Position numbers and translations under genes: made by a program. The notes under the pieces were generated by a model. It saw nothing but the letters and a program-made list of their open reading frames with translations. It did not search any database and was not told the origin of the DNA. From Camelus ferus (Eukaryota), in the NCBI RefSeq assembly GCF_009834535.1, contig NC_045697.1, positions 55,058,001 to 55,122,000 on the forward strand: DNA of 64,000 bases, written 5' to 3'. Position 1 is the first letter of the stretch, and each line of letters opens with the position of its first letter. Below, piece by piece: positions 38,463-52,033 of the stretch.

Positions 38463-38974
38463 ATAACTGTATTTCATAATAATTACACTCCTCAGTTTTT
38501 GGACTATACTTATTCGTATCAGTCGTTATTCTCTTGTCTTTGCTCATAATCAGAAATGCACACAAGTTTTCTTATTTTGAGTCATGATATTATCAAAGAT
38601 AAATTTTGCAATAATTGCTACATTGTGTGGAGTTTTGCCACTTGAACAGCTAAACTATTATAATATTTTTATAAATAGAAAATAAAATATGTTTAAAAGG
38701 TTGTTTTAAAATCAATATTTGACTGTAAGGAAATATGTGGTTTCATTCTCTTTACTTTTAATATACTAGTTAGTGACATCTGGACATCATTTTTTATCTA
38801 CTCTAAAATATTAGAATTCTAATATTAAAGTGTCAGTTACATTTTTAGTAACTTGGAAGTCATTTTAATGTGTTTATATTTTTTGAATTTCACTCTGGAG
38901 GAGAAGGAAAAGGCAAACAACCAAATGGAATTAACACAATTATTCACTAAATTTTAAAAATGGTTATTTTGAAC

Positions 38975-39115
38975 ATTCGATTGGGAGTTAGGAGGCCCAT
39001 GTCCTAGTTTAGCTCCTGCCTTTAAGTAACTTTGCATTCTTGGGAAAGTCATTTAATGTCTTTATCCCTTATTTTCTTCATGTGAAAAAGTATAAATAGA
39101 ATTATATTGTCTTCA
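38975..39115 (+). mobile_element. MIR fragment
   Basis: tgggagttaggaggcccatgtcctagtttagctcctgcc...ttgggaaagtcatttaa. Confidence 0.6.
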
Positions 39116-40977
39116 GGCAACTTTTTAAAAAAGTTAAACTACTCATATTATAATCATTTCTTTTTCTAGGAAGGTCCTATAGGAGAAGATTTTAAGCTAG
39201 GTTAAGATCCACTTTGTGAGAATCTTGTCTCATGGCACCTGGACTGGTAGTAGGACTGTCATGAGGATGCCCTTTGGAGAGGCATGCCCAGCACTGCCAG
39301 GTTGACTTGCTTTGTTCCTGTCCAATGTCTTTCTGAGTCTACTGGTGCCAAATGTTGCCTATAGTGGTTATTTGAGTGTGAAAACTTGAGGGCCTACAAA
39401 GGCCCCCAGTGGCTGGTTCATAATAGGTTAGAAGTAGGACAGAATTTAACACCATTGTTTCATTTGGAAAAGATGCTGTAAGATTAAAAAGGGTGGGAAA
39501 GGAGATATTGGCAGGATGTGAATAACTACATGATCCACACATGGCTTGATGGAAATGTGGGCTATGGAAAAAGTTGCTGTTCTAACAGAGTAGCAAATTA
39601 TGTTAGGCAGATTCTTAAACTTACCATTAACAAGGCTTCTCATTTGACTTTTAAAGGAAAAGCTAATTTTTTTCCTGAATTTAATCAATTAAGCACTTAA
39701 TATGTTTTGCTTTATATGAAACTACCACATTTTGTAAATGTGTAAAGTTTTAAATAGACAAGGGGACTTATTAGAAATACCTCTTGTTTTAGAATACTTC
39801 CTATTATAATCTGACCATTGGACATACTCCAGAGTTACACTGATGCTCTCATAATTCATAGAATACAGTTTGTAATAACAATCATCTTCTCAAATTGGTC
39901 ATTACCAAAGTTAATGACCTGTTTATTAGAACATCAACCTTGGCTTTGCCTCAGTCTTTTAATTAACACATCTGTCATTCACTAGTAGTGGCTAAGAATT
40001 TCTGTATAGAGGACAGCTCCAATAATCATGGCACCGTTAAAGCGACATCTCTGTATATTTAGATGGATCAAATTTGCATTGGCCTATCACAAACAGGATC
40101 CTGTGAGGCTTTAAATAGTTTTGGCAGCCCAAAATGGTGAAATCTGAACAGCAAATAGAATAGCATTAGCCTTCTTTGTGGAGCATTTGCATTGAAAATT
40201 ATTTATTATCACTGTTGAGAAGTATAATCCCACAAAACAATTTGCTGAACCTTCAGGTGCAGAGCGTCTTTTTTACCCACACTGGTAAACAAACCTGCCC
40301 AAAGTACAAGCCCTTCCAGATACACACATTTTCTCCTGCCATCTTCATTCACTCACTCATTCAACAGTTATTGTCGTATTACATCTATGTCGATGCATTT
40401 AGCAAGTTAATAACATATTGACATTTCCATCTGGACATCTGTAATGTGCACAAGCATTGAAATGTTGGCATTTTTAAAGAAGAAAATATGGTATTTTCAT
40501 TTTCCTAAAATGGACTGATAGATACTCACTTTCTTAAATCTTCGTTTGAAAATTAGACTGTCAGGTTCTCACACACTGATAAACAGAATGAGACCAAAAA
40601 ACCCAAAATGCAACCTCCTATATTACTAATTTTTGTTTAAAGTATACTGAAAATTAAATTAACGTTTATTAAAATTCAGATATCTTGGGAAAAATTTAAC
40701 TTTGATGTGGCATCCATTCTCTCAAATAATCACATAAGAAACATCAGTGATTTGTTTTACCATCTTTCTTTTTTTTTAGGAATGCATGTATTTTTTTATT
40801 CTCAAGGATCTATTTTTAATTAACACAGAAAGCCTGTTTCAATAAACTGGTTTTACAAGGTAAAAGCATTGTGGGTTCATATGTACCTTGTGAATCCATG
40901 ATTCCTGGGGGTTGTGAAGGGGACTGGCCCGTAAAATAATACTATACGCTTCAAGGTTAAAAAAAAAATGGAAATAA

Positions 40978-41108
40978 GGGGCAAGGGTGGTAGAGCACTC
41001 AGTGGTAGAGTTGCATGAGATCCTGGGTTCAATCCCCAGTACCTCCATTAAATAAATAAAACAAACAAACAAACCTAACTATCTCCCCCAAAATAAAAAT
41101 AAATAAAT
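40978..41108 (+). mobile_element. Camelid tRNA-derived SINE (Vic-1-like) with 16-bp TSD
   Basis: ctcagtggtagag...tcctgggttcaatccccagtacctccattaaataaa...acctaactatctccccc plus A-rich tail; TSD aaaaatggaaataagg at 40964-79 and 41109-24. Confidence 0.92.
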
Positions 41109-41424
41109 AAAAATGGAAATAAGGCAGCCAAGCCACAGTAACCATTTATTTGTCCCCCTTTTAACTCTGTCTGACTTGAACTCTGCTTTGGAAAAATATT
41201 TTAAAAATTACAAGTTATTCTGTTAATACAGATTTCTTTTTTGTAAAAAAAAATGTTATATTTAAAGGAATCACAGGATATTTTTACTTATAAATATATA
41301 TGTTATGAAATAAACACATTTCATCTGTTTATAAATATGAAGACAGTTGGTAGGTATAAAATCTGTATTTTAAAACTCCCTAAGTTATAAACTTCTGGTT
41401 ATAATTCACTGCATTGTAGACCCA

Positions 41425-41835
41425 TGCCCAGCCCCACATGATTTGTCCCCTGCTTATTTCACCAACCTCATCTTCCTCCACCCTCTTTGTCGCATTCATT
41501 CTACTTTCTGTCCCTTGAAAATACTACATATATTACCATATCCAAGAGCCCCAGTCTCCTATTGTTTGAAGTGCTCGTCTCTACTTCTCTTCATTAAGCT
41601 CTTCTCTCAAGTGTCACTTCTTTAGGGATTTCCTTTTAGGACTAATTACTATATGATATTATCTTATTACTTATTTCCTTTGTGTTTATTTTCTCTTTCA
41701 TCATACCGGAATATAAGTTCTTTCAAAAAAGGTCTTTGACTCCCAGGTCCTTTACTGCATCCCCGGGGCCTAGAATAAAGCCTGGCACAGAGATTAAAAC
41801 ACACATAGATCCCAAAATATTTGTTAGCAATTAAC
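41425..41835 (+). mobile_element. L2 3' fragment
   Basis: catgatttgtcccctgcttatttcaccaacctcatct, ctcaagtgtcacttctttaggga, tttactgcatccccggggcctagaataaagcctggcacag. Confidence 0.75.
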
Positions 41836-41884
41836 TGGTAAAAGTGTTTACAGGATAACAGAAGTTTTTAAAATGAGGCATAAT

Positions 41885-41995
41885 CATAATTATACATGGT
41901 CAGGGCACAAATCTTAATTGTAGGGTTTGAAAGTTTGACAAATTATAAATATATCATTGCCATGCATCCAGTGCCCAAATCAAGGTATAGAACAA
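41885..41995 (-). mobile_element. Old L1 3'-end fragment
   Basis: cacaaatcttaattgtag...tttgacaaat...cccaaatcaaggtatagaaca. Confidence 0.55.
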
Positions 41996-42428
41996 TAAAA
42001 ATGACTTTTCAACTTGATTTTTTTAAAGTTTGGTTTGCTTCCAAAATAAACTCCTTGAGCGTTCTAAGTGGTAAAAGACGTGATCTCATCCAGTTGGTTG
42101 CCATGAGGATATGGCGTGGAAATATTCCTAGTCTTTGTGATACCCTTTTGCAAATCCAAAGAAACTTAGAATAAAAATTGATGGTAAGTTAAAAAAGAAG
42201 AAAAAGAAAGAGGAAACCCCCATAAGATTAAGTTCATCCTTTCAGGTTATTTACTTTGTTTTGGGGTGTGGTTGGATTGAAACTTTGAACTTGTTGAAAG
42301 CAGTATGTATCAATGTAGGTTGTTGGGATAAGTTTCAGGAAGCTCATTAGGCTCAAAGTTTTAACTGAAACTTCTAATGATTTTCAAACTGTAAAGAAAA
42401 GAATACAGTCTTTCATGTTCTTTAGCAG

Positions 42429-42537
42429 AGGGTAACCATATATCCTGGTGTGCACACGGGTGTTCCAGTGTAACTGCTGGCGGGACTCCCTTTTATTCTG
42501 AAAAGTGTCCTTGGAGAATAAATTATATGGTCATCCA
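42429..42537 (-). mobile_element. MER94-like hAT-Blackjack MITE
   Basis: Terminal inverted repeats agggtaaccata / tatggtcatcc; internal ctgaaaagtgtcc...ataaattatatggtca. Confidence 0.8.
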
Positions 42538-44086
42538 ACTTTTGTATCCCTTTTTTGAGAGAGATGAGTACTGGTCTTTTGGTACAATGAAGCTCTGGCT
42601 CTTTGTCTCTTTTTAGCCTAGCTGATAGATTTTGATTTAAAAAGCAGTTGTATTTCAGGAAACAAGAGATAGCACAGCAGACATTGATTGCTGCCTTGAC
42701 CTCATTATGTTGATAAGGGCATTTGTGAATATTGTCTAAGTTAAGGTAATAAACAGTCCAGGTAGAAGGTTAATGACACATTTAGCATCAGTGGGGTGCC
42801 TGACAGTTTTTCACAGAAAAACCAGTTCAAGCTGGTAAACCTTCTGTCTTGTCCATGTAGAACAAAATGCATCATGTTTCTACAAACTGAATATAATTCA
42901 AGGAGAGGCTAATAGCATGCAGAGAATTCAGCAATTGGCTGACTACATTGTTTTGGCAAAGAATAACAAACTTAAAATGTTGTCAAGTCATTTTTTAACA
43001 GCAATTTTCTGTAATCTTTTGGGCCTCCTGCTAGGACTCTGCTAATCCGGGCCTTACTGCTGGCTGACACTAAAGACAGCATTATGACAGATTTATGAAC
43101 TGATGAGTCATTTTCCACATTCATTCAGCTAATGAGCAAAACAAGTCATTATTTCTTAATCCTGATTATCACTCCCTTATTTAATACAAGAACCACTTAC
43201 AAATGCTGTTAAAATGCTTTCCTCTGAATAACTCTCTGCTAAGACTAACAACATCTATATGCTAAAGATGCCTAGTATACTCAAACTTGGAAAGAACTGA
43301 TTCAGAATTCCTCAATGATGTCTATTAAATCCTTACTGCCATCGTTATAATTTAGCAATTTCAATGGTTTAAATCATATAATTTATCATATGATATGATC
43401 AGTGTAAGTACATGCTTTTTTATGCATGGGCTTTCCATTAATTAGTCAAAAAACCATTGAACACTCATGCAGGAATGAACAGTGTGTAGATTACTGGCTG
43501 GGACACCACAATGGGGCAGAGAAGTCTACAGTGAAATCGAAAAGAGAACGTATCAGTGTAAAGGGTAGCAAAAAGTGAGGCAGCAAAGAACGAATGAATG
43601 AAAATGGCAGGGCATTTGGAGGAATTCAGGGGAGAGAGTGTTCTCAGTGAATTTAGAGGAAGTTTGAGTTGAAGGATGATAACGACCAGCTGAACTTTAA
43701 CTTTCAACCATGCTTGAAATCATGACAAGGAAGGAAATCATGACAAGTGCAGTGCTTTATTTCATTTTTCACTGGTTGTGAGCCTTTTTTTTTTTTTTAA
43801 ACTGGATAAGAGTTTGGTGTAAAATTTTGGGAGGAAGTCTATCTATCAGATTCTAAGATTAATCTTTGGTGGGGCAATTAAGAGTGCTACTTGAAGAATG
43901 AGTGTTATAACTAATTTATTATTCTTATTAACTCAGAAAGTGATTAACGCTTACAAAGGGTTTAAGATCTTCCTAAATATGGACATTTTTGTGTTGGTAA
44001 TAGCAAATTGAATGATTTGTTAATAAACATTATTCAGTCTCATTTATGACTTGAATTGCAATTTATCTGTACCAACATCATTTTTT

Positions 44087-44559
44087 AGCAAGTGAATAAT
44101 GCCCACCTTGCCCCATCCCCCAATATCTACATACTAGTCCACAGAATCTGAGAATATGTTAATGTATATTACATAGTGGAATTTGCAATGTGATTAAATT
44201 GAAGACCTTGAAATGAAGAGAGCATCCTGGATTAACAGGTTGGGTCCAGTATAATCCCATGGATCCTTGAAAATAGAGAACCCTTCCCAGTTGTGGTCAG
44301 AAAGAGAAGGAGATGTGACTAAAGGAGACTGAGAGAAATATAATTTCTGGCTTTGAAGATGGGGAAAGAAGGACAGAGCCAAGAAATAGATAGTCTTTAG
44401 AATCTGGAAAAGGCAAGGAAATGAATTATCTCACCTTGGTGTCAGCTCAGTGAGACCCATGTCAGACTTCTGATCACAGAATTGCAAGATAATACATTTG
44501 TACTGTTTTAAGATACTTACATTTGTAGCAATTTGTATGACAGTGATAGAAAATAATAT
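44087..44559 (+). mobile_element. MaLR LTR (MLT1D-like)
   Basis: gaataatgccc...gatttaaattgaagaccttgaaatg-like, ctggctttgaagatgg, ctggaaaaggcaaggaaatgaatt, cagtgagacccatgtcagacttctga. Confidence 0.85.
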
Positions 44560-44582
44560 GTCATTTTTCTTAATGGAGAACT

Positions 44583-45195
44583 TGTGGTAGGAAAAATTCG
44601 AGAATGACCTCCTCCACTAAAGGATTTTCTTCCCTAATCCTTGGGGCTCTAAATATGATTAATTATCATGCCCTTGAATATGATAAGGGACATAACATAG
44701 AGGACTCTGAAGAGGTGATTGAGTTTACTAATCAGTTGACCTTAAAATACAGGAAGATTATCCTGGATTATCTGGGTGAGCCTAATCTAATCATTCTAGG
44801 TCTTTAAAAGCAGAGAGCTTTTTTTGTTCAGTGGTAGAAGAGAAATTGCACACATGAGAAGAATTCGACTCCCTGTTGGTTTGAAAATAGAGTGGGCCAT
44901 GTGAGAAGAAATGTGAGTGGTCTCTAGAATCTGAGGGTGGCCCAGCTGACAGCCAGCAAAGAACTGGTGACTTAAGTCCTTGAGTTTCAGGGAACTGAAT
45001 TCTGGCACAACTTTGTGAACTTGAAAGCAGATTCTTCCCCAAAGCCTCTAGATAAGAGCTCATCCCAGCTCACACCTTGTGATGATATTTTGAGCATAGA
45101 ACTTGGCTGAGCCTATGCAGACTTCTGAGCTAATAAATGCATGTTATTTTAAGTTACGAATTTTGTGGTAGTTTGTTACACAGCAAATTAATACA
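44583..45195 (+). mobile_element. MaLR LTR (MLT1E-like)
   Basis: tgtggtagg start, ttactaatcagttgacctt, ggaagattatcctggattatctgggtgagcctaatctaatca, cagctgacagccagcaa, end ttgttacacagcaaattaataca. Confidence 0.88.
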
Positions 45196-45264
45196 GAGCC
45201 CTAAAGTTTGTTGACTACCCCTTAATACCAAACATTGCACAGGGCCATTCTTATATTATTATGA

Positions 45265-45490
45265 AATGTAGTATAGCAGGGACAGAGTGGGGTTTGTGGT
45301 TAAACAAACCCAGATTCAATCCATTTCTCCAAATGATTAACTTTAGTATCTTGGGCAAGTTAGTTAACTTTATAAGTCTCCTTTCTACGTTTTTAATTAC
45401 ATTTGCCTGCTAGGGTAGATGGGAGAATAAAATGAGTCTCTGGAATGTATCCATGACAATGACTGATGAGTAGTAGGTGATCAGTAAACA
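45265..45490 (+). mobile_element. MIR SINE
   Basis: aaacccagattcaatcc...atcttgggcaagttagttaac...gtagtaggtgatcagtaaa. Confidence 0.65.
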
Positions 45491-45897
45491 AGCAAAAATG
45501 GGAAAGAGTGGATATTCAAGAGGACCTCCAGCTAATAGCAGTCCTCTTTTATCCATGTGTTCCTGAGTGGAGAAATAAAACAAAAAATAAAGATGGAGGC
45601 CAATATATGACTTTTTTTAAATTAATGGAGTTCAGGTTGGAGTATGTGGCTTTAGGTCTATTAGACAATGGGCTTGCTAGTACTGAACCCTAGAATTATG
45701 GAGAATTAATCACCTAGTCACAAAGCAGTCCAGGGAAACTTCACATGCCTAGTAAGGAGAAGAAGCACCAGTCGTGCCCCTTGCAGGCTCTTTGATCTCA
45801 AGAGAAAGCAGGGGAAAGCTGAGATGAGGGTGCAAGTTATCCAGAGAGAAGGACAGTGTGGAGAGAGAGCAAAGGTTTCCTTAGAGAAAATCCTTCT

Positions 45898-46022
45898 TCA
45901 TTGAAAACAGGGTTAAGGTGCAGAAATGGACACTAAGATTTTTAGTAACTTTTCCATGCGTACCTAGCAAAGATGTAGTAGAGCCAGGAATTGAATCCAT
46001 GTCTGTCCAACTAGGGCTTTTG
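45898..46022 (-). mobile_element. MIR fragment
   Basis: gtagagccaggaattgaatccatgtctgtc. Confidence 0.5.
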
Positions 46023-48619
46023 TAATATCTCTCACAATTACTCTGCTTACAGAAATGCAGATAAAAGAAGGTCAGCAATAAGGCAGATTCTGAGTAGAAG
46101 ATTTATTTAAATTTGATCTCTAAATTTAACTTTTTCTAACAATGTTTATCTGTATCAAATAGTAAAATTGCTGATTAAAAGAAGGTTCTCATAAGTCTTC
46201 CATTTAAACAAATTTCTGTTGCAACATTGAAGACAAACTTCTTTAAAAGAAATAGATGATTCTAAAGTGAACTACAACACCAGAGTATTTCAGAGAAGAA
46301 AATAAGTATGATAATAAGTATATTTTAATCGGTGATCAGATATTAATATTGAAAGTTGCTAACTTGTGACCTTAAATTGTCCACAGGTTGAATTATGGCA
46401 GTTATTAAATGGACTTGGAAATATTTTGTTTTCAAGAGGTCAGAGTTAATAAATGATATTCAGCTAAAACGTAATAGTGATCTGGTTGGGCCTTTATATT
46501 TCACTCGAGTTTCTCTGCAGTTGATTAAACACTACCACAAGGCATACTAGTCTGTACCAAAGTCACTAAAAAATATCATAAATCAATTAACTCCAGTATT
46601 ATGGCTAACTTTTATCTGTCAAGTTACACAAATTGCCAAAAGTCATACTACATTTTAAAAACAAAATTAGAAAGCTACAAATTTTACAGTTATAAACTAT
46701 TTTCTAATTCTGTTATTTTTGTTTGCTTTGTTTCTTATCATGTAGTAGAGAGTTGTACAAAGAATGTCTTAAAGATATTTCAATAGAAAGTAAGAGATGT
46801 ATATTTCTAGATGATAACTCATGAGATTAATTTTGTAACAGAAGTGTACATGACCCTTTGTGATATCTTAGTGAGTATTATTTTCTGCTATTTCTGAGAT
46901 GATTACCAATCTTCCTATTCTTTCACTCTGCAATTCTGTAACACATTGAGAATATATTATTAGGTAGTGGTAATGACTCCTAAATAGTTTTTTCTTAAAA
47001 AACTGCCCTATTTCACAGAAAGAGCAAAGAAATCTAAACTTTTGCATGAGTGCCTCCTGGCCACATGGATCAAAGCCTTCTGAAAGATTTTTTTTTTCTC
47101 AGATGTGTTGCTCAGAAGCACAGCATTTCAGGGATAATCCTTGGAGCGGGAAGATGTCAGCTGATATTATGTAATTCACCCTGGGACCAGAGGCAAAGAC
47201 CAACTTCAAATGCTTGCTTTTCTACTCTCTATTCCCAAGTAAAACATCACGTAGGTAAGATCACCACTGTGAAGTTTCTGTGCTCAGTACACCTTGTTTA
47301 GAGTCATGTGACCTGTGGCTGTTCAATAAACACTAATTGATGTTAATAAAACATGTGGGCTATGAACACCATGAGAAATGTAGAAGGAACTTCAGAATGA
47401 TTACAGGATTCCTGTATCATGTATTTTTATGTTACTGGATTACATAAAGCCAGTGTCTTAATTTAAAATTCTTCCTTATCCTGGCACCAAATTTGTCATA
47501 CTGTAGAATTCATTTTGGCACACCCTACAGCAAAAATACTATTTTTATTTTCTGCTGATTTTAGTTTGGTTGTTCCTATTGTGAATAGGAGCCTCTTACA
47601 TGAATTCAAATGGTTCTCAGTTCACAAATCTTTTTGCTAGTCTGACCCTACGTTACCAATACCTTTGCACTGATTATGTTCTCTATAGCCTTGAATAAAT
47701 TCAGGTTCAGTATTAAGGGGCAATTTTTAAAGGGCTGTAACAGTTTCCTTTATTTATCACATAGAGCTGTAGGATTATTCCCTTTTTAAATAGTCTATTT
47801 GTGTGGTTACTTTTAACATCTTAAAATTCTCCTGTAATGTTTGTTTCAAGTATTATTTCACCTGGCCTGAAATAGAACAGTTTCCTGTTGGCAAGTTTTT
47901 ATCACTATGATACATCTCTGATGAAAAGTATACCAGCAGTTGGAGGATTATTTAAAGATACATATATTCCAAATAAAATGTACAACTAGTTGTTCAGAAG
48001 TATTATCTCCTTTTTTTTACTTACATTGGTGGGCCCTGAGCATGTTCAGGAAACCATTTAGAATTCAGTAACAGATTATTCTCAGTCGAAGACATAGAAT
48101 CAATGATTTCATTATATTATTCATCTAATTTTGCATCCATCAGATACTTATTGAACATTTGCTATACCTACGGCATTATGCTGGGGATATAGCCAGGAAT
48201 AATCCAGAGAAAGTGTGGTCCATTTGGCCTGGCAACATATTTCTACTTCTCTTTTCCTGTTATTTCTCACTGTGCATCTATTGTCAGACCTTTCCATTTC
48301 ATCATGTAGTTATTATTATATTTATTAGATTATTACCTACATCATTTGATAATAAACATTATTACAGCAATGCTCAGTTAATTGATAAAGAAGCTAGGAT
48401 CAAAAATTTAAAAATTCAGTATATTCTATCTTTCTATACACTCATTGCCCTCAATTTATTTTTCTCTAAAGCTCCCTTTTTAAAACCGGCTCTGTCTCTG
48501 CTCATATATACAAACTCCTCTGATTTCTTCCATCCCTTTATTTTGAATGTAATTTGCTATGTTTTACATAGCGTTCACCTTTTCTCTAGTTGCTTATAAT
48601 TAAGAAACCTTACTTTCTC

Positions 48620-48710
48620 TGATTACCTTTTCTCCCTTTCCCCTTTCTTCCTTTCCACCCTCTGTCCCCCACTTCCTTCCTTCCTTTCTTTCTTCCTTCT
48701 TCCTTCTTTT
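48620..48710. repeat. (CTTC)n-like pyrimidine tract
   Basis: cttccttccttcctttctttcttccttcttcc. Confidence 0.8.
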
Positions 48711-48714
48711 AATA

Positions 48715-48915
48715 AATATGTTGAATAACTCCTGTGAAGTAAGCATTACATAAGATCTAGCAGTTGCATCATATTAAAGAGTTTTTTATTTAATTCATCT
48801 CATTTGACCTCCATTCCTTTGCAATAGATATTATTACTAACTTCATTTTATAAACAGGAAACCCAAGAATAAGAAAATTAAATGATTTGCTTAAGAATAC
48901 AAAACTGGGAAAAGA
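48715..48915 (-). mobile_element. MIR SINE
   Basis: catttttataaacaggaaacccaag...attaaatgatttgcttaag. Confidence 0.6.
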
Positions 48916-51244
48916 CAAAATCTAACAGAATTCCACAAAAATGTCTTAGAAAAACATGACACTTAAGGAGTTTTCATGCATGGAGTCATATGGATTTTCT
49001 TGAAGTAATGACACTTCTCAAAGTATTGATTAAATTATGATAAATAAAATCATGGGAATTCATTAAATGTGGTTTTATTATTTAAAACAATGTAGTAATT
49101 TACTGTTTAATCCAGTTTAGAAGTAATATGTGGCAGTGTAGTTTTTATTTGATCTGCAAAGTATCTATTGATCATTTCAAAGATTCTCACTTGGTTTTAA
49201 CCCATAAAGCCATCTATTTCTCCTTGTATTGCTTGACTATGATATAAATCATATCCAGTAGGAAATAGTAAGAAAGAATAAAACAGAATGAAGAATTAGA
49301 ATATAGTGTTTTTTCAATGGCAACTAATATTCCTCAACCCTCTGTTAGGTTTTTATTATGGAGATTCATTATTTATTTCAAAATGTCATGACTATATTCT
49401 TTATGAAATATCTTCATAAATTACCTAAATATGACTTTTAGAGTTTAGACAGTCATTTAGTTCACAGAAATACACAAAATTTATAACCAAAGTTATCTTT
49501 TTCTAAGTAAAAAAAAAGTATTTTTAATGACCTTTACCCCTTTTTTCTCTATTATGAGCAAGAGATAAACCACTCTCTTCTAATATTCTGAAGTGCAGTT
49601 AACTTCTGAGAGTATATTTGAACAATTCTGTTCTTTTTAAGTTATTGAAAAATTAATTATGATTAAGTTAATTGTGGGTATAAAATCTAGATTTCCCTGT
49701 AAGTTATTATCTCTCTAGTAGTATGTAGTATTAAATACTGATATTTCAAGTCTGAATAAGTTTTTTTTATAGTGTACTGTGTGTATGTGAAATGCCACTT
49801 CAAAGAACCAAGCTCATGTGATTATATAATAAAGCTTTTGACTTCTGTAGTTGGTGAGAAATAAAAAGTATTTTACAGGGAAGAAATTCCTCAATGCATT
49901 ATTGCAAAGATACAATCACCAAAAAGCTCAAGTCATAGGAAAGCAGTGCTCACAATGGGAATTTAAAGATTTTTCAAAATAGTAGTTGTGGCAGACTTTA
50001 AAAGATTGAAATGATAAAGACAGATATCTGGATTAGTCACTGTGAAATGGTGACTCTTGCTCTTTTAGGGTCATTTTCCTTAAGGTGGTGTTTTCTTAAA
50101 GTTTCAGGGATTTAGGGTAGTGGCAGTGATAATATCAGACCTGTAGGCAGAGTTCTTTGTAGTAATAAAGTTTTCCTAATTGGTCAGCACATTTTTCATA
50201 ACTCATTTACCATCAGTTATTTATGGCCAAGGAGGTATGGAATAAGGAACTTCAAGTAGAACCACAAATACATTTTCAGAAAACAAGCAAGGTAGGTTGC
50301 TATGACTTATGTCACAACTATCCTCTATTAAAATAGAGAATTTCAGTATCTATCTTACACTTGGAGTACCGTTGAGTGTCTCACTAATTTGATCAAGAGA
50401 GGAACAAAAGATTAGTGGTGGAAAGAGGTATTAAGTGAAAATAATCTATAAAGTCCCATTTACCTCTGAAATTCTTTGGTTCACATGCATTCTGTTTCTA
50501 AGATGACTTTTAACCTTGGAGTCCTAAGCTGTTATTGTGGTATTGTTTTGAAAAGGCAATGCTAAAAACTGAGGAAAACTTTTATAATTTTAAGTAAATC
50601 CAAGCTACCTATTCCAGATATTACCCAAGAGCTACTGCAGTGTATCAGAAAATGATTTGTTTATTGACCAAGATCAAGAACAACTGAAAGTTGAAGTGTA
50701 TTCCCTGAAAGGTTGCCTGATCCATAAGTGAACAACAGGTGTTTGATATAAATCAAATTTTTGATTAGTTGTTATAAAAGTAACACAGTGCCCAGAATGT
50801 AAGAAACATTGAAGGAATTGTTGTTACTATTGTTATTAAATCCTGCTGGGGGATTCTAAGACATACTCCCCAACAATGAACTTCTCATCAAAAGTGTTAC
50901 ATAAAAACAAGAGGGTTTGAACAACTAAGTGGAATAAAAAAGACATTTATATTACCCAGTGGGGAGAGAAAGTGACTGTTTTGCCAAATCAAATGAAGTG
51001 AGAGAGAGAAGCTAAGGAGTGAAATGATAAATGCTGGTAAAATAAATTATTTCCATGTTTTTGTGTCAAAGGGGAGAGTTTTCTTGATTTTTGTGCTACA
51101 ATAGCTACTTCTAGCATATGGCCTACTGAAGGTAAGAAGTGAAAGTTCTATACGCCAACAAATAGCAAGGGAATCCAGTGCCCATGAAAAGGGCCAATGA
51201 TGGTTCAACTAAGTTTTTCTGGGATATAATTTTGTGATATTCTC

Positions 51245-51721
51245 TGTATTAGTTTACTACTGCTGCTGTAACAAATTACCACAAACTGGGTGACTTACAC
51301 CAATAAAAATGTATTCTCTTGTATTTCTGGAGGCTAGAGTCTGAAATCAAGGTGTCAGCAGAGTTGGTTCTTTCTGGAGGCTCTGAGGAAGAATCTGTTC
51401 CATGTCTCTCCAAGCTTCTGGTGGTTGCTGGAAGTCCTTGGCATTTTTTGCCTTGTGGCTGCATTACTACAATCTCTCCTTGCATTGTCACATGGCTTTC
51501 TTCCCTCTGTTTGTCTTCATATGACCTTCTCTGTATATCTGTTTGTCCTTTTTTCTTACTAAGGACACCAGTTGTTGGATTTACAGTTCACCCTGATTCA
51601 CTGTGATCTCATCTTGAATTAACTAATTATATCTACAAAGACTAATTCCAAATAAGATCACATTCTGAGGATTGAGGTAGACATAGATTTGGGGGGGGAG
51701 CTATTCAATCCAATCAATACA
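51245..51721 (-). mobile_element. MaLR LTR (MLT1B/C-like), full length
   Basis: tgtattagttt...gctgctgtaacaaattaccacaaactggg...tctggaggctagagtctgaaatcaaggtgtcagcag...ttccaaataagatcacattctgagg...aca. Confidence 0.92.
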
Positions 51722-52033
51722 CCATGTTCAGCACAAAGAGTAAAGTTGTTTGAAGGAACAAACACTAAATCAGCTCCATTTCTTCTAATCTCATATGGAC
51801 ATCTGGGATAAGGACTATGTATCAGTAGTTGTAGAAATAGGTTTTCCAGAGTGAATTTGTCCAAAAATTCAGTTTATCTTACAAGTCTGATCTTTAATAT
51901 TGGCTTTATGTGCTGTGTGGTGTGTTTCTAATAATTAAATAAATCATATATCTGAATGCTTGTTCTGTATTTTAGAAATTCCCTGTAATGGTGAAAAAGG
52001 GAAGAGTTTTATGACTTAAAAATCTAAGGAGAT

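Noticed and set aside
40063..40140. Short ATG ORF or possible micro-exon after tatatttag
   Set aside because: Poor pyrimidine tract, weak donors, unrecognisable peptides
43716..43747. gaaatcatgacaag repeated at 18-bp spacing
   Set aside because: Ordinary micro-duplication
48159..48599. 146-aa ORF
   Set aside because: Non-ATG start, begins in an L2-like remnant, composition typical of random T-rich DNA, no recognisable domain
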